Below the pieces are notes generated by a model that worked only from the letters and a program-made list of their open reading frames with translations, ran no database searches and was not told where the DNA came from. Positions 49,865 to 64,000 of a stretch of DNA of 64,000 nucleotides are shown piece after piece. The position numbers were made by a program, and so were the translations under genes. Location: contig NC_135888.1 of assembly GCF_964194155.1 (NCBI RefSeq), forward strand, positions 27,962,001 to 28,026,000. The letters run 5' to 3'. Source of the stretch: Cetorhinus maximus (lineage: Eukaryota). Each line of letters opens with the position of its first letter. The stretch's first letter is position 1.

Positions 49865-50294
49865 ATCATGTGTGCACAGCTAGACTAAACCACATTCAGT
49901 GCTGAAAATTGTAAAGCAAAATTTATGTTATTCAGAAGCATTAAACAGTGTTACCAATATTGGTTAATATGCTGAAATTTGTGAAATTAAGATTAATAGT
50001 GGAACAGCTGATGTTTTGTCCTAATTTTCTATACCATTTTTAGATGATTCATATTTTGGTATGGTTTGCGTGATGATTGCCCGTTCCTGATTTGGTGTAG
50101 TAACCTGAAGGAGAATGCATGTTCAAAATACTGTGGAGAAGAGGGCTGAACCTAGTACCTTTAATATATTTTAATATGTATGAAGTATGTGCTTGCATGT
50201 ATTTAGAACATGCTTATTATGGTACTAGAATTAGAAGTAATATGTTTTTATATAGGACAATACACCATATACAACCATTCATCTTAGCATTTGG

Positions 50295-50846
50295 ATTCCT
50301 TTGAACACAGAATATTGGGTTACAGCCTTCCGGACTGAATATTGAACTCAACAACTTTAGATCTTGAACTCCCTCCTCCATCCCCACCCCCTTCTGTTTC
50401 TTCCCCCTCCCGTTTGTTTTTTCCAATAATTTATATAGATTTTTCTTTTCCCACCTATTTCCATTATTTTTAAATCTATACCTGTAATGCTCTGTCAGTC
50501 TTTCCACCCCACCCCCAATAGAGCTGTACCTTGAGTGTCCTGCCATCCATTCTTAATTAGCACATTCTCTTAGATAATATCACCACCTTTAACACCTCTC
50601 TGTTCCTTTGTCTGTGACATCTTTTGATTATCTGCCCATATCACTGCTTGCTTGTCCCTAAAACCACCCCCCTCAACTTCTCTCCCCCCACCCACCCCTT
50701 ACCTTAAACCAGCTTATATTTCACCCCTCTCCTAACTTTACTCAGTTCTATTGAAGGGTCATGAGGACTCGAAACGTCAACTCTTTTCTTCTCTGCCGAT
50801 GCTGCCAGACCTGCTTAGTTTTTCCAGATAATTCTGTTTTTGTTTA
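50295..50846 (+). mobile_element. Penelope-like element terminal fragment
   Basis: End of a GIY-YIG-type ORF (LQPSGLNIELNNFR) and the typical terminus gaagggtc...cgaaacgtcaactc...gatgctgccagacctgct. Confidence 0.65.
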
Positions 50847-50850
50847 AGAT

Positions 50851-52478
50851 TGTTTTGGGACTGTATTAATTTTGTGAAGGGTGTCGTGTGACCTGTTCTG
50901 AAGTCTGCCTAACAAGCATGGGTGACGAGGCTAATAAAGATTAAAAGGAGGTCTGGGTTGTTTTGCTGGAAAGAAGGTGTAAGGTGTTCACAGTTTGAGA
51001 TGATGGTGGCAGCAGCACCACTACCACCACCCATCTGTAAACAAAGGCATTTTTGATTTCCCCTTTATAAGTGGTGGCGTAATTTCCCCAGCACTTTAGT
51101 TTTTGGAATGATACAATCTATTAATCCCCATAGCATGATGGGAGGAGCACGTAGAGATGAATCAGCCTTGCAGCAGGCATGTTCTACTAGAAAACAGCGT
51201 AGATGAGGACCAAGCAATTTAAACTTCTGTTTCTACTGCTGCTTTGTTGATGGAAGATGGCAGATAAAGGCAGGCTGCTAGCCTGGAGCCCATTTTTCTC
51301 TCCTGAGGTTAAACCGCAACTGAAGACAGAATTCAAAAGCTGTACAATTAAAGCAATTCAAACAGCTCCAGTCTCAGTCATGTGATAGGGCATTTTTGGG
51401 TCGAGCCATTCAGCTAACCAAGAACCCTTATTAAAACCCATTGTATTTTGAGCAGGTAACTGTAGAACCATCAGCACAAAGTTGGAGATGAGTCCCAATA
51501 GCTCTGCCTTTTTCTAGAGCTAACTGGTGCATATGTTTCGTCTACTAATCCTTTGTGTTGGCTTGGCTGGAATGTTTATACAATGCAAGGAGTGTTACGT
51601 TCCAGGAATTTGAGTTAGCCTTTGTCCATTTTTAAACTGCTCAAACTTCCAGAGCTACGATTATAAGGTCAGCTGCAGCCATTTTATCAGTCCAGCCGTT
51701 TGTCCTTTTTCTAAAAAAAAACAATTTAAACGAGAATATAGAAGAGAAATACATTTAAAAAAAATTTTTTTGGTGGTCTTGGCAGGATAGTGGTTAGACT
51801 GTTGGACTCCATGAAGTCCCAAGAAGGAATTGAGAATGTTGGATTGTAAACATTTATGCTTTAAACTGTCCACTTAATCAGCATTTCAATGGATGCAAGC
51901 CCCATATGATTCACATTACCAAGGAAATGGGATTTGCGAGGAAAAGGGTTTCTAAGAAATCCCTGAAACACTCAGAGACAAAGCAGAATCCAGGAGACAG
52001 GAAGTAGCTAGTGGATGAAAGTCTCTCTGGTTCACCGCACAGAAATGTGAGTGCGTGCTTGCACTTGGATTGGAAAGACCAAATTCATGAGGATTGGAAA
52101 CGAGGCTGGAAGATTCACTCTAGGAAAAAATCTTCACCATGGAAGGCTGTTCTGGCATTAAAAGTTACCAGGCTGGGAAAGGAAAGAAGTAAATCCTTGG
52201 GAGCTAAGAATCACTTTGGACTGGGCCCATGAAAATTAAATGATTTCTTAAGAGACAGTGTAAAGTATACCTGTGAAGTGGGTTTTTTGGTTGTGTTAAA
52301 AGTAAGAGAGGGATATTCTGTTCTGTAGTTTGAAGTATAAGTTGCCTACAAAAACTGTTTAGACAACAATGCTTTTAGTCAGTTTGTTGCAGTAAAAGTC
52401 TTAACATCTTTTTGCGTCAGCTTTCAACTAGAAATTCAATTTTTTTTATAGTTAGCAGTCTGATAAGGGATTATAACA
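50851..52478. mobile_element. Possible LTR-like repeat
   Basis: Starts near tgtt... and ends gggattataaca. No target-site duplication found, so boundaries are uncertain. Confidence 0.3.
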
Positions 52479-52819
52479 GTTTTTTCTTAAAGGAAGTTTT
52501 TTTTTAAATGTTGAGCTTTTGAAAGAAATATATTTGACAGATAAGTGCCAGTGATGGATTCACAAGTGAACTTTGTGTCACCTTGTTAACAATTCCATAG
52601 TCTATCCTAATACATGCTGATTACACATTGGCAAAATTTTCAATGTATGGTTACACAAATTAGTTTGTGCATTTCAAGGTGGGTTATTACTCAAAAGTAT
52701 AATATGATACGATAGAACACTGTCCCAAAGTTTGAGAACTAAATGATTCCAGCAAATACATTTTTTAACATGCTCATGATAAATATTTTTAAATTACGTC
52801 TGTATTGCCTGGAGATTAT

Positions 52820-52948
52820 GGGCGGGAATTTTTGCACCCTCCTGCCACCGGGATCTTCCGGTCCTGCCGCAGGTCAATGGATTTCTGGCTGGGGTGCCGC
52901 CTCGCCCATGGCAGGTCCCATCCATGATGGGGCCGGAATATCCCAGCC
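52820..52948. mobile_element. Short MITE (same family as 45537-45664 and 14142-14268)
   Basis: gggcgggaattttt...ggaatatcccagcc, with a shared core (ccggtcc..ccgca.gtca.tgga.ttctggc). Confidence 0.7.
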
Positions 52949-53169
52949 GATATTTCTCATTAAGTAAAAAGCAGCCAAACTTCTTGAACTGTAGCCTGGA
53001 ATTAGTCCAATTCAATTTTTGGCAAAGATCCATAGTGGTATCTAATTTGGCAGAAGACTCATGATGTTTATGTATCACAAACTCGCACAGCACAAGGATT
53101 TTTTTTTTTTGTTTATGGGAGTTAATGACAAGGCCAACTGATTTTGGACCAACTTAATTTGTTACTCAC

Positions 53170-53670
53170 CCCTGATTTGCTCTGAGAAGTTGTGTGAGCT
53201 TTTGGAATCCAGATATACCCGCAATGCTGTTAGGGAGGGAAATCTCAGATTTTGACCAATGACAGTGAATGATTGTCAATATATTTCCAAATCAGGATAG
53301 GGAGGGGAACTTGTATGTTGAATTCCCATACATCATCTGCCCTTGCTCTTCTAGGTAGCAGAAGTCGCAGGTGTGGAAGGAACCTTTTCGAGTTGTTGCA
53401 ATACATCTTGTAGATGGTACACACTACTGATACTGAGCACTGGTAGTGGAAGGAGGGAAGGTTCAAGGTGGTGGATTGGTGTCAGCCAAGTGGGCTGCTT
53501 TGCCCTGGATGGTTTCATGGTCATCATTGGACTTCTAATTCCAGATTTTTTATTGAATTCAAATTCTACCATCTGCCATTGCAGGATTCAAACCTCAGTC
53601 CCCAGAACATTACCCTGGGTCTCTGGATTACTAGTCCACCGACACACCAGAAAGCCATTACCTCCCCTTA
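53170..53670 (-). mobile_element. LINE 3' fragment plus tRNA-SINE head
   Basis: Reverse complement of the LINE 3' region seen at 21770-22000 and the SINE head seen at 45484. Confidence 0.65.
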
Positions 53671-54689
53671 AGTTGAATAGTTAAGATTAGAGTCCAGCAA
53701 GGGCAGTCCCACTGAAATGGACAATGGGGTATAGGCTTCAATTTTCAAATTAATTAGTCCCTCCCCACCACTACAGTATAATATCTCCATTTCTTGCATT
53801 TGAGAATTTCCAAAGTGTGACATGTTATGGACAGTTTGTATAAACTATTAGGATCCATCAGGAACTAATTTTGGACCAATTTAATTCATTTACGACGTCA
53901 AAGAGAGAAAATGTTTATCATCCCTTATCCTGTTTAAAACTTGTTTCATTTCACTATCCAGACTTTGTTTATAGTTTAGCATTGATCCTTACAGTATCTG
54001 TATGGTTACTCACCATCAAAACTTGCAGAATCACATAGAACAATTATAAAGAAGTTAATATTCATCAGCTAAGAGCTATTGATTAAATAAACCCTAAAAA
54101 CCATGTTATTCCAGAAATAAATATATTACTTTTGAAAAAATTGAACGGTTTTCAAGTAAGCCTTTAGAAACATTATCAACATGAATTCTTGAATTCAATT
54201 AGAGCAAGTGCTTGTTCCCATCCTGCCCCCCCACCAAAAGAAGTACACTTTGTATTGGAAGTTGGCATTTCATCAGTACCGCTTGCATGGTGAACAGTGC
54301 CATATTGCCATAACTGTATGAGGCATCCTTTAATTCTTGGTGACTGTACTTCACCTCAACACAACTTCACTGCATAGTACATGAATAGAGTCAATGGAGT
54401 ATTAAGTGCATATGAAACAAACTATAGATGTGTTTGGGCTAATTAACTTGCTATAGAGGATTACATCAACATTGTTACAATCGCAAACATAATTCCAGTT
54501 CATAACGTAAGAACAGAGAAATCAATGTTATTGTCATTCGAGGTAACCTGTTTAAAAAAAATAATAAAATGCTTGGTTGAGATAAGCTGCTCATTGTAGC
54601 TCTGAACAGAGCAGGTCGACCCTGTCCCAAGCAAACTGAACACATCAGGTTAACAATAACCATCAATCTTTCCTTCTGATGGAATTTAA

Positions 54690-54978
54690 AAAAAATTCAT
54701 TTCATGGAGATGCGGGCATTGCTGGCTATGCCAGCATTTGCCCCTTGTTCAGGGGGTATTTTAAGAGTCAATAATATGGGTCTGGAGTCACAGCAGATTT
54801 CCTTCCAGGTGGGTTTTTATGACAATGGTTTTCATTAGACTTTTAATTCCATATTTTTATTGAATTCAAATTCCACTATCTGCTATATGGTGGGATTTGA
54901 ACCCAAGTTCCCAGAGCATTACCCTGGGTCTCTGGAATATCAGTCCAACAACCATACCACTATGCCATCAGCTCCCCT
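54690..54978 (-). mobile_element. tRNA-derived SINE (internally deleted)
   Basis: Reverse complement of the same SINE head and tail as 45484-45975. Confidence 0.7.
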
Positions 54979-55892
54979 GAGGAAAAAGTCAGGCTGGTAC
55001 CAATTGCAAGAATTAGATGTGTAGTTAATCATAAGAGGTCAGTTGTAGAGGTAAAGCTACAGAGAAATGTTGGTTGGGTTACTACTCTACTGTTCAGCTA
55101 TAATAGTTATTACTTGAGCATCACTCAACAAAAAACCTCACCACCACCCATAAGGTCTTAGGGTTGGTTACATTACAATATTCTTATTCCCAAAATACAC
55201 CCAGTTGTGTGATCTTTCAATGAGTTTGACGAAGTGGTATAATCTGGAATGAAGCAACTTTGCAATAGCTTTAGTGAAAGGCAAGGGGTATGCTGGTTTC
55301 AGTAAATAAACAGTCGAGACAGTGAATTAGCATTTCTTCCCCGTTTTATTTTTCTGCTTAAATTATAGAATTGAGGAGAATAAAAGGCAACTTGGCACAG
55401 TATAATCCAATGTTTATGAAGTTCGGATGGATATTGTTTCTACTTACTACAAACCTGCTTTCCTAGGTTGGCAGACAATGGAAAGTGAAAATAAACTGTG
55501 TCACCCAGGTTGGAATGGCCATGCATTTGGATATTCTGGCTTCCTCTGAATTTGAGATGAGTATCACAGATACAGAGATATGGGCAATGTTATGCATTAT
55601 GTATATAACATGAGTTTTGGATTGTGCAATTAGTAATGTCTGCTGATACAATTTATGGAGATGAGAAAATGTTGCTTTTGGTGTCTGGATTCACAATTCA
55701 TGGAATTTACAGCAAGTTACAGGAGTCCTGATTACATCAGCTAAATATTGATCATCTCCTTATGTGTCAGTCAGGAAACTCTATGAAATGCTGTGGCCAA
55801 TGTTAGAAAATTCTGCTATCATTATCATCTTTATTTCCTTCATGTAATTCTACTTACAAAATCTGTTACAATAATTACAAACTGAGAAAACA

Positions 55893-57035
55893 TTGATAAG
55901 ATCGCATGGAGTTAGGGGTAATATATTAGCTTGGATAGAAGATTGGCTAACCAATAGAAAGCAGAGAGTCGGGATAAATGGTTCTTTTTCTGGATGGCAA
56001 GCTGTAACTAATGAGGTGCCACAGGGTTCAGTCCTTGGGCCCCAACTATTTACAATCTATATTAATGACTTGGATTCAGGGGTAGAAGGCACTATAGCTA
56101 AATTTGCAGATGACACCAAAATAAGTGGGAAAGTAAGTTGCAATGAAGAAATAAGAAATTTACAAATGGATATGGACAGGTTAGGTGAATGGGCCAAAAT
56201 TTGGCAGATGGAGTTTAACTTGGTTAAGTATGAGGTTATCCATTTTTGTCGGAAGAATAAAAAGGCGACTTATTATTTAAATGGAGAGAAACTTCAGAAT
56301 GCTTCAGTGCAGAGGGATCTGGATGTCCTCGTGCATGAATCGCTGAATGTTATTATGCAGGTACAGCAGGTAATAAGGAAGGCAAATGGAATTTTGGCAT
56401 TATTGCCAAAGGAATAGAGTATAAAAATAGGGAAGTGTTGTTGCAACTGTACAAGGCATTGGTGAGACCGCACTTGGAGTACTGTGCACAGTTTTGGTCC
56501 ACTTACTTGAGGAAGGATGTAGTTGCATCGGAGGCGGTTCAGAGGAGGTTCACTAGATTGATTCCAGAGATGTGGGGCTTGTCTTATGAGGAGAGATTGA
56601 GCAGTTTAGGCCTATACTCGCTAGAGTTTAGAAGGATGAGAGGAGATCTAATTGAGGTATACAAGATGCTAAAGGGGATAGACAAAGTAGATGTGGAGCG
56701 GATGTTTCCCCCTGTGGGGCATAATGAGAGGCCATAGTTTTAGGCTAAGGGGCAATAGATTTAAATCAGAGATGAGGAGGAATTACTTTTCTCAAAGGGT
56801 CGTCAATCTGTGGAATTCACTACCTCAGAGTGCAGTGGATGCCGGGAAGCTGAATAAATTTAAGGAGGAGATAGACAGATTTTTAATTAGTAACGGGTTG
56901 AAAGGTTATGGGGAGAGGGCAGGAAATTGGATTTGAGACCGAAATGAGATTAGCCATGATCGTATTGAATGGCGGGGCAGACTCGAGGGGCTGAATTGCC
57001 TACTCCTGCTCCTAGTTCTTATGTTTGTATGTTCT
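55893..57035 (+). mobile_element. 5'-truncated CR1 LINE
   Basis: ORFs 55893..56417 ([12 protein letters not shown]...KFADDTK), 56435..56737 and 56691..56936, followed by a CR1 3' UTR with tatgtt tail. Confidence 0.95.
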
Positions 57036-58629
57036 AATATATCCTTAATGCATGCATTTCGATGAGATATTATTGATTAAAGTGCCCCCAGATATATGAT
57101 TATTTTCTACATAATGCATATTTATTTGGTTACTTCTCAGTCATAAGCAAGCTCCAGATGAAATATCCACTTCACGATGCCACATCTAATTTGGGCTTTG
57201 CATCAGGTCTTAAGTTTACAGTGTTTGATTGTTTTTGCCTAGGCCTGTTGAGTACAATCATTTTCACAATTCAATCCAGAAGGGAAGGAGGATCTGATTC
57301 TAGAAAGGTGCAAGGATGAAAGTCTACAGAGAAGAAGTGTAACAACTAAACTTGTTTTCTGTGAGTTGAAATCTTTGTGCAAATATTCACATAAATAAAC
57401 ACACATCTGGGAGCGAAACCTTGAATGGCTATTTGGATTCTTACACAACAGAACTCACAATGAATCAATAGCGATTAATCACTAGGCTTGGAAGATCCCC
57501 ACAGGACGGCCACAGCAGCCAGTCAAGGCAACTAACTATCTGGGATGACCTCTGGGTCAGGTAATTTTTCCTGCCCGAAACAGGTGGAAAGTCAGGCAAT
57601 GGGATTTAGATGTGGCCCAGGAGGTAAACTACACCATGCCTCTATTTGTGGAGCAGCAGGAGATTCACCCACTGAAAACTGGCTCAGTGTTAAAATCAGT
57701 GTTGCTTTCCTGCTTGTTCCCCAGTGGTACTACAATCCATTCACGTTCAGTTGATGGATATTTGGTAATTTAACGAAAGCAACCTAATTACAATATTTTG
57801 CCCTACACCCATGTGATTCCTTGTGAATGTGATAGGTGAATGGTGCACACTTCCCAGATATGATGCCTTTTAAATGGGAGAATACACAATGTACAATAAA
57901 AGAAATTTATTAAGCACTTCTCTTTCTCACCTCCCCCTTTCCCCCCCGCCACATCAAAAAACAAATGAGCCTGAAGCATTGTCATTTGTGTGTCTTGAAC
58001 TAAAGCTAATAGTCTGTTGCAAATGTTGAACTATTGTTTATGTCACAAAATATTCAAAGCAGACCTTGAGGAGACTCTGTCAAGATAAATATGGTAATGC
58101 TATATCAATTATGTAGCAGTTGGTTTTATATGACCAAACAGCCACAAAGCTCCACAATGACTCCTAAAAGTCAGCCTGTGATCTGATTGTGACAGCACAC
58201 CAGGCTTGTCATACTAATGTTTCACCACGCATCTCTTTTAACATAGCATGAAATCCAACATCAGGAGGGGTCAATGAAGGGACACAACTTGAACTGAAAA
58301 AACACCCAGCTAATTCCAGTCAGGAAAGTATGCCATGAACATTCCTTTTACAGCACAGCCAGTCACTCATTAACCATTAGTTCCAGCCTCCACCATGCTA
58401 TGACCTCTGATTCCAAATTCCATTATATTTTAATCAGTTTATTGAGGTGTCCCAAATTGAAGCCAGTAGCCAGTAACTGATAGTTTATTTTTTGACATGC
58501 ATGCAGGTGTACTTGTGTACATACCTGTCAATATTTCAGTGGGGAAATGTTGATCAGATGTTCCCGATCTTCTGTGTCATCCTTCTTGCAATGGTGTTTC
58601 AGAGCAGGAAATCTTTTGTGCATAAAGTA

Positions 58630-59924
58630 AGGTTTCATCAAGGGGAGGTCTTGCCTGACAAATCTGTTAGAATTCTTTGAGGTGGTAATGAGTAGGTTAG
58701 ACAAAGGAGAGCCAATGGATGTTATCTACTTGGACTTCCAGAAGGCCTTTGACAAGGTGCTGCAGAGGAGGCTGCTCAGTAAGATAAGAGCCCATGGTGT
58801 TAAGAGGCAAGGTACTAGCATGGATAGAAGATTGGCTGTCTGGCAGGAGGCAGAGAGTGGGGATACGGGGGTCCTTCTCACGATGGCGGCCGGTGACTAG
58901 TGGAGTTTCGCAGGGGTCAGTGTTGGGACCACAACTTTTCACTTTATACATTAATGATCTAGAAGAAGGAACTGAGGGCATCCTGGCTAAATTTGCAGAT
59001 GATACAAAGATAGGTGGAGGGACAGGTAGTATTGAGGAGGCGGGGAGGCTGCAGAAGGATTTGGACAGGTTAGGAGAATGGGCAAAGAAGTGGCAGATGG
59101 AATACAACGTGGGGAAGTGTGAGGTCATGCACTTTGGTAGGAAGAATAGAGGCATAGACTATTTTCTAAATGGGGAGAGAATTCAGAAATCTGGAGTGCA
59201 AAGGGACTTGGGAGTCCTAGTCCAGGATTTCTTAAGGTTAACTTGCAGGTTGAGTCGGTAGTTAGGAAGGCAAATGCAATGTTGGCATTTATTTCGAGAG
59301 GACTAGAATATAAAAGCAGGGATGTGCTGCTGAGGCTTTATAAGGCTCTGGTCAGACCAAATTTAGAATATTGTGAGCAATTTTGGGCCCCGTATCTCAG
59401 GAAGGATGTGCTGGCCCTGGAGAGGGTCCAGAGGAGGTTCACAAGAATGATCCCAGGAATGAAAGGCTTAACATATGAGGAATGTTTGAGGACTCTGGGT
59501 CTATACTCGATGGAGTTTAGAGGGATGAGGGGGGATCTGATTGAAACTTACAGAATACTGAAAGGCCTGGATAGAGTGGACATGGGGAAGATGTTTCCAT
59601 TAGTAGGAGAGACTAGGACCCGAGGGCACAGCCTCAGAGTAAAGGGAAGACCTTTTAGAACAGAGATGAGGAGAAACTTCTTTAGCTAGAGAGTGGTGAA
59701 TCTATGGAATTCATTGCCACAGAAGGCTGTGTAGGCCAGGTCATTGAGTGTATTTAAGACCGAGATAGATAGGTTCTTGATTGGTAAGGGGATGAAAGGT
59801 TACAGGGAGAAGGCGGGAGAATGGGGTTGAGAAACTTATCAGCCATGATTGAATGGCGGAGCAGACCCGATGGGCCGAATGGCCTAATTTCTGCTCCTAT
59901 GTCTTATGGTCTTATGGTCTTATG
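58630..59924 (+). mobile_element. Young 5'-truncated CR1 LINE, near-identical to 20100-21429
   Basis: ORFs 58682, 58794 and 59243 encode RT and C-terminus. Tail of (tcttatgg)n. Confidence 0.95.
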
Positions 59925-62900
59925 ATCCCCTCAACCTCCTGCCCCTTACCTTAAATCTATGCCCTCTGGTTATTGATCCCTCCACCAAGGGGAAAAGTTC
60001 CTTCCTGTCTACCCTATCTATGCCCCTCATAATATTATACACCTCAATCATGTCCCCCCCCTTCAATCTCCTCTGCTCCAGGGAAAATAACCCCCGTCTA
60101 TCCAATCTCTCCTCATAACTAAAACTCTCCAGCCCAGGCAACATCCTGGTAAATCTCCTCTGCACTGTCTCTAGTGCCCTCACATCCTTCCTATAATGCG
60201 GATTCCAGAACTGCATGCAATACTCTAACTGTGGCCTAACCAGCATTTTATACAGTTCCAGCATAACCTCCCTGCTCTTATATACTATGCCTCAGCTAAT
60301 AAAGGCAAGTGTCCCATATTCCTTCTTAACCACCTTATCTACCTGTCTCGCTACCGTAAGGGATTAGTGGACATTCACACTAAGGTCCCTCTGATCCTCG
60401 GTACTTCCCAGGGTCCAACCATTTATCGTGTATTCCCGTGCCTTGTTTGTCCTGCCCAAGTTCATCACCTCACACTTATCCGGATTAAATTCCATTTGCC
60501 ACTGATCAGCCCATCTGACCAGGCTGTCTATACCCTCCTGTAATCTAAGACTATCTTCCTCACCATTTACCACCCCACCAATTTTCGTGTCATCCGCGAA
60601 CTTACTGATCAATCCTCCTACATTCAAGTCTAAATTGTTTATATATATCACAAACAGCAGTGGACCCAACACTGATCCCTGTGGAACCTCACTGGACACA
60701 GGCATTCAGTCACAAAAACACCCCTCAACCATCACCCTCTGCTTCCTGCCACTCAGCTAATTCTGGATCCAATTTGCCAAATTGCCTTGGATCCCATGGG
60801 TTCTTACCTTTGTTATCAGTCTCCCATGCAGGATCTTATCAAAAGCCTTGCTGAAGTCCAAGTAGACTACGTCAAATGCATTGCCCTCATCTACACACCT
60901 CATTGAAAAATTCAATCAAATTGGTCAGACATGACCTCCCCTTAACAAAGCCATGCTGACTGTCCTAGATTAATCCCTGCCTCTCTAAGTGTAGATTAAT
61001 TCTGTCCCTCAGAATTGCTTCCAATAGTTTCCCCACCACTGAGGTTAGACTGACTGGCCTGTAGTTCTTTGGTTTATCCCTTCCTCCCTTCTTTAATAAC
61101 AGTATCACATTGGCTGCCCTCCAGTCCTCTGGCACCTCTCCTGTGGCCAGAGAGGTATTGAAAATTATTGCCAGCGCCCCTGCTACCTCGTCCCTTGCCT
61201 CACTCAACAGCCTGGGATACATTTCACCTGGGCTTGGAGATTTATCTACTTTTAAGCCTGCCAGACCACTTAGAACCTCCACCCTTTCTGTGCTAATTTC
61301 TTTAATTATATCCCAATCCTTCTGCCCAATTTCCATACCCACGTTGTCCTTCTCATTTGTGAACACCAACACAAAGTATTCATTTAGAACCCTACCTACG
61401 TCTTCCGGCTGCACACGCACATTACCACTATGGTCCTTAACGGACCCTACTCTTTCCCTAGTTATACTCTTAATCTTAATGTACTTGTAAAATAACTTTG
61501 GATTTTCCTTTATTTTACCTTCCAATATTTTTTCATGCCCCGTTTTTGCTCTCCTAATTTTCTTTTTTAAGCTCCCCCCTACACATTCTATACTCCTCTA
61601 GGGCTTCCACTGTTTTGAGCTTTCGGTATCTGCCATAAGCCTCCTTTTTTCTCTTTATCCAATCCTGTATATCCCTCAACATCCAGGGTTCCCTGGATTT
61701 GTCAGTCTCACCCTTTATCTTTACTGGAATATGTTGGCCCTATACTCTCCCTGTTTCCTTCTTGAATGAGTCCCACTGCTGTGGCGCAGATTTATCTAAA
61801 AATAGCTGCTCCCAGTCCACTCTGGCCAAATCATATCTGAACTTATTAAAATCGGCCTTCCCCCAATTTAGAACTCTGATTTCTGGCCCATCCTTGTCCT
61901 TTCCCATAACAACCTTGAATCTAACAGAGTTATGATCACTATCTGCAAAATGCTCCCCCACTGATAACTGTACCACTTGCCCAGCTTCATTCCCTAAAAT
62001 TAAGTCCAGGATCGCCCCCTCTCTTGTAGGACCTTCTACGTACTGGCTTAAAAAGCTCTCCTGGATGCATTTTAAGAACGCTGCTCCTTCTAAACCCATC
62101 ACACTCTGACTAACCCAGTTAATGTTGGTGAAGTTGAAATCCCCCACTATTACTACCCTATTATTTTTACACTTCTCTGAAATTTGCCTACATATCTGCT
62201 CTTCTATTTCCCTCTGACTGTTTGGGGGCCTATAGTACAGTCCCAGCAATGTGATTGCTCCTTTTTTGTTTTTAAGTTCTACCCATATGGCTTCATTTGA
62301 GGAGCCTCCTAAAATGTCATCCCTCCTTACTGCTGTAATTGATTCCCTGATCAATATTGCGATACCCCCTCCTCTTTAACCTCCTTCCCTGTCTCGCCTG
62401 AAGATCCTATGTCCTGGAATAATGAGCTGGCAATCCTGCCCCTCTCTCAACCATGTCTCTGTGACAACAATGACATCATACTTCCGTATGTTAATTTGTG
62501 CCCTCAACTCATCTGCCTTATTCATTAGACTCTTTGCATTAAAATAAATACCATCCAACCTTGCCAAACTTCCTTGTGCCTTAACTGGCCTATAATTTCT
62601 ATGCCTTCCAGACTCATTTGCTCTCTCTTCTAATTTTGGCTGTGCATCTCCCCCTGCTGAACCTCCTCTCAGAATCCCATCCCCCTGCCAAGTTAGTTTA
62701 TACCCTCCCCAGCAGCACTAGCAAACCTCCCTGGAAGGATGTTGGTCCCATTCCTATTCAGGTGCAACCTGTCTGCCTTGTACAGGTCCCACCATCCCCA
62801 GAAATGGTCCCAATGTCGCAGAAATCTAAAGCCCTCCCTCCTGCACCATCTCTCCAGCCACGCATTCATCTGGACTAACCTAGTTCTATACTCACTAGCG

Positions 62901-63345
62901 CATGGCACCAGAAGTAATTGAGAGATTACTACCTTTGAGGCCCTGTTTTTTAATCTGCTTCCTAGATCCCTAAATTCTGCTTGCAGGACCTCATCCTTCT
63001 TACTACCTATGTCATTGGTACCAATATGTACCACGATCTCTGTCTGTTAGAATATAAGAACTTTAAAAACTCCCCCTTTGGAATGCCCTGCAGCCGTTCA
63101 GTGACATCCTTGATTTTGGCACCAGGGAGGCAACATACCATCCTGGAGTCATGCCTAAGGCCGCAGAAATGCTTGTCTGTTCCCCTTACTATTGAGTCTC
63201 CTACCATTATTGCTGTTCCCCTCTTTTTCCTCTCCCCCTGTGCAGCTGAGCCACTCACTGTGCCATGAGCGTGGCTGCACTCCCCAGAGGAACCATCACT
63301 CTCACTGTTTTCCAACACAGAAAAACAGTTCTCAAGCGAGATGCT
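59925..63345 (-). mobile_element. Near full-length CR1 LINE (ORF1 SGNH esterase-like; ORF2 APE endonuclease and RT), disrupted
   Basis: ORF1: VGDSIVRG, VHIGTNDIG, DRLHLN. ORF2: [50 protein letters not shown]. Multiple stops and frameshifts. Confidence 0.95.
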
Positions 63346-64000
63346 TTGATTGATTTGATTTGGACAAGCTGAGTCAGTGGACAAATGCATGGCAGATGCA
63401 GTATAATGTGGATAAATGTGAGGTTATCCACTTTGGTAGCAAAAACAGGAAGGCAGATTATTATCCGGCTATAAATTGAGGGTAATGTGCAACGAGACCT
63501 GTGTGTCCTCATGCACCAGTTGCTGAAGGTAAGCATGCAAGTGCAGCAGGCAGTGAAGAGGGCAAATGGTTTGCTGGCCTTTGTAGTGAGAGGATTCAAG
63601 TACAGGAGCAGGGATATCTTGCTGCAATTATACAGGGCCTTGTTGAGACCGCACCTGGAATATTGTGTGCAGTTTTGGTCTCCTTATCTGAGGAAGGATG
63701 TTCTTGCTATAGAGGGAGTGCGGCGAAGGTTTACCAGACTGATTCCTGGGATGGCGGGACTGACATATGAGGAGAGATTGAGTCAGTTAGGATTATATTT
63801 GCTGGAGTTCAGAAGAGTGAAGGGGGATCTCATAGAAACCTATAAAATTCCAACAGGCCTAGACAGGGTAGATGCAGGAAGGATGTTCCCAATGGTGGAG
63901 GAGTCCAGAACCAGGGGCCTCAGTCTGAGGATACGGTATAGACCATTTAGGACTGAGATGAGGAGAAATTTCTTCACCCAGGGAGTAGTGAGCCTGTGGA
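63346..64000 (+). mobile_element. CR1 LINE ORF2 C-terminal fragment running off the window
   Basis: WQMQYNVDKCEVIHFG...[18 protein letters not shown] remnants. Confidence 0.9.

Noticed and set aside
1-64000. Prokaryotic-type systems (CRISPR arrays, operons, retrons) or genuine tRNA/rRNA genes
   Set aside because: The DNA is vertebrate-like with spliceosomal introns. RT motifs belong to LINEs, tRNA-like boxes belong to SINE heads, and no regularly spaced repeat-spacer array was seen.

Overview
Repeat-rich eukaryotic genomic DNA, most likely from a cartilaginous fish. This is inferred from the repeat content (CR1, L2, Tx1 and Penelope retroelements, Deu-domain and LF-type SINEs, Harbinger elements) and the genes present. 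The only intact host genes I can support are two tandem, same-strand, four-exon TNF-superfamily ligand genes, assembled by hand from splice sites. The first is a clear TNFSF15/TL1A orthologue (29935-32404, 222 aa) with a kappa-B-rich promoter. The second is a divergent paralogue (43257-49864, about 203 aa) with the same intron phases but a GC-AG first intron, three uORFs, and no DE-loop tyrosine. The rest is mostly transposon debris: several CR1 copies (one nearly full length), decayed Harbinger transposase and Myb/SANT ORFs with related MITEs, a Tx1 fragment, SINEs and a solo LTR. Most ORFs in the supplied track are transposon fragments or noise. Family assignments come from remembered motifs, not database searches, and repeat boundaries are approximate.
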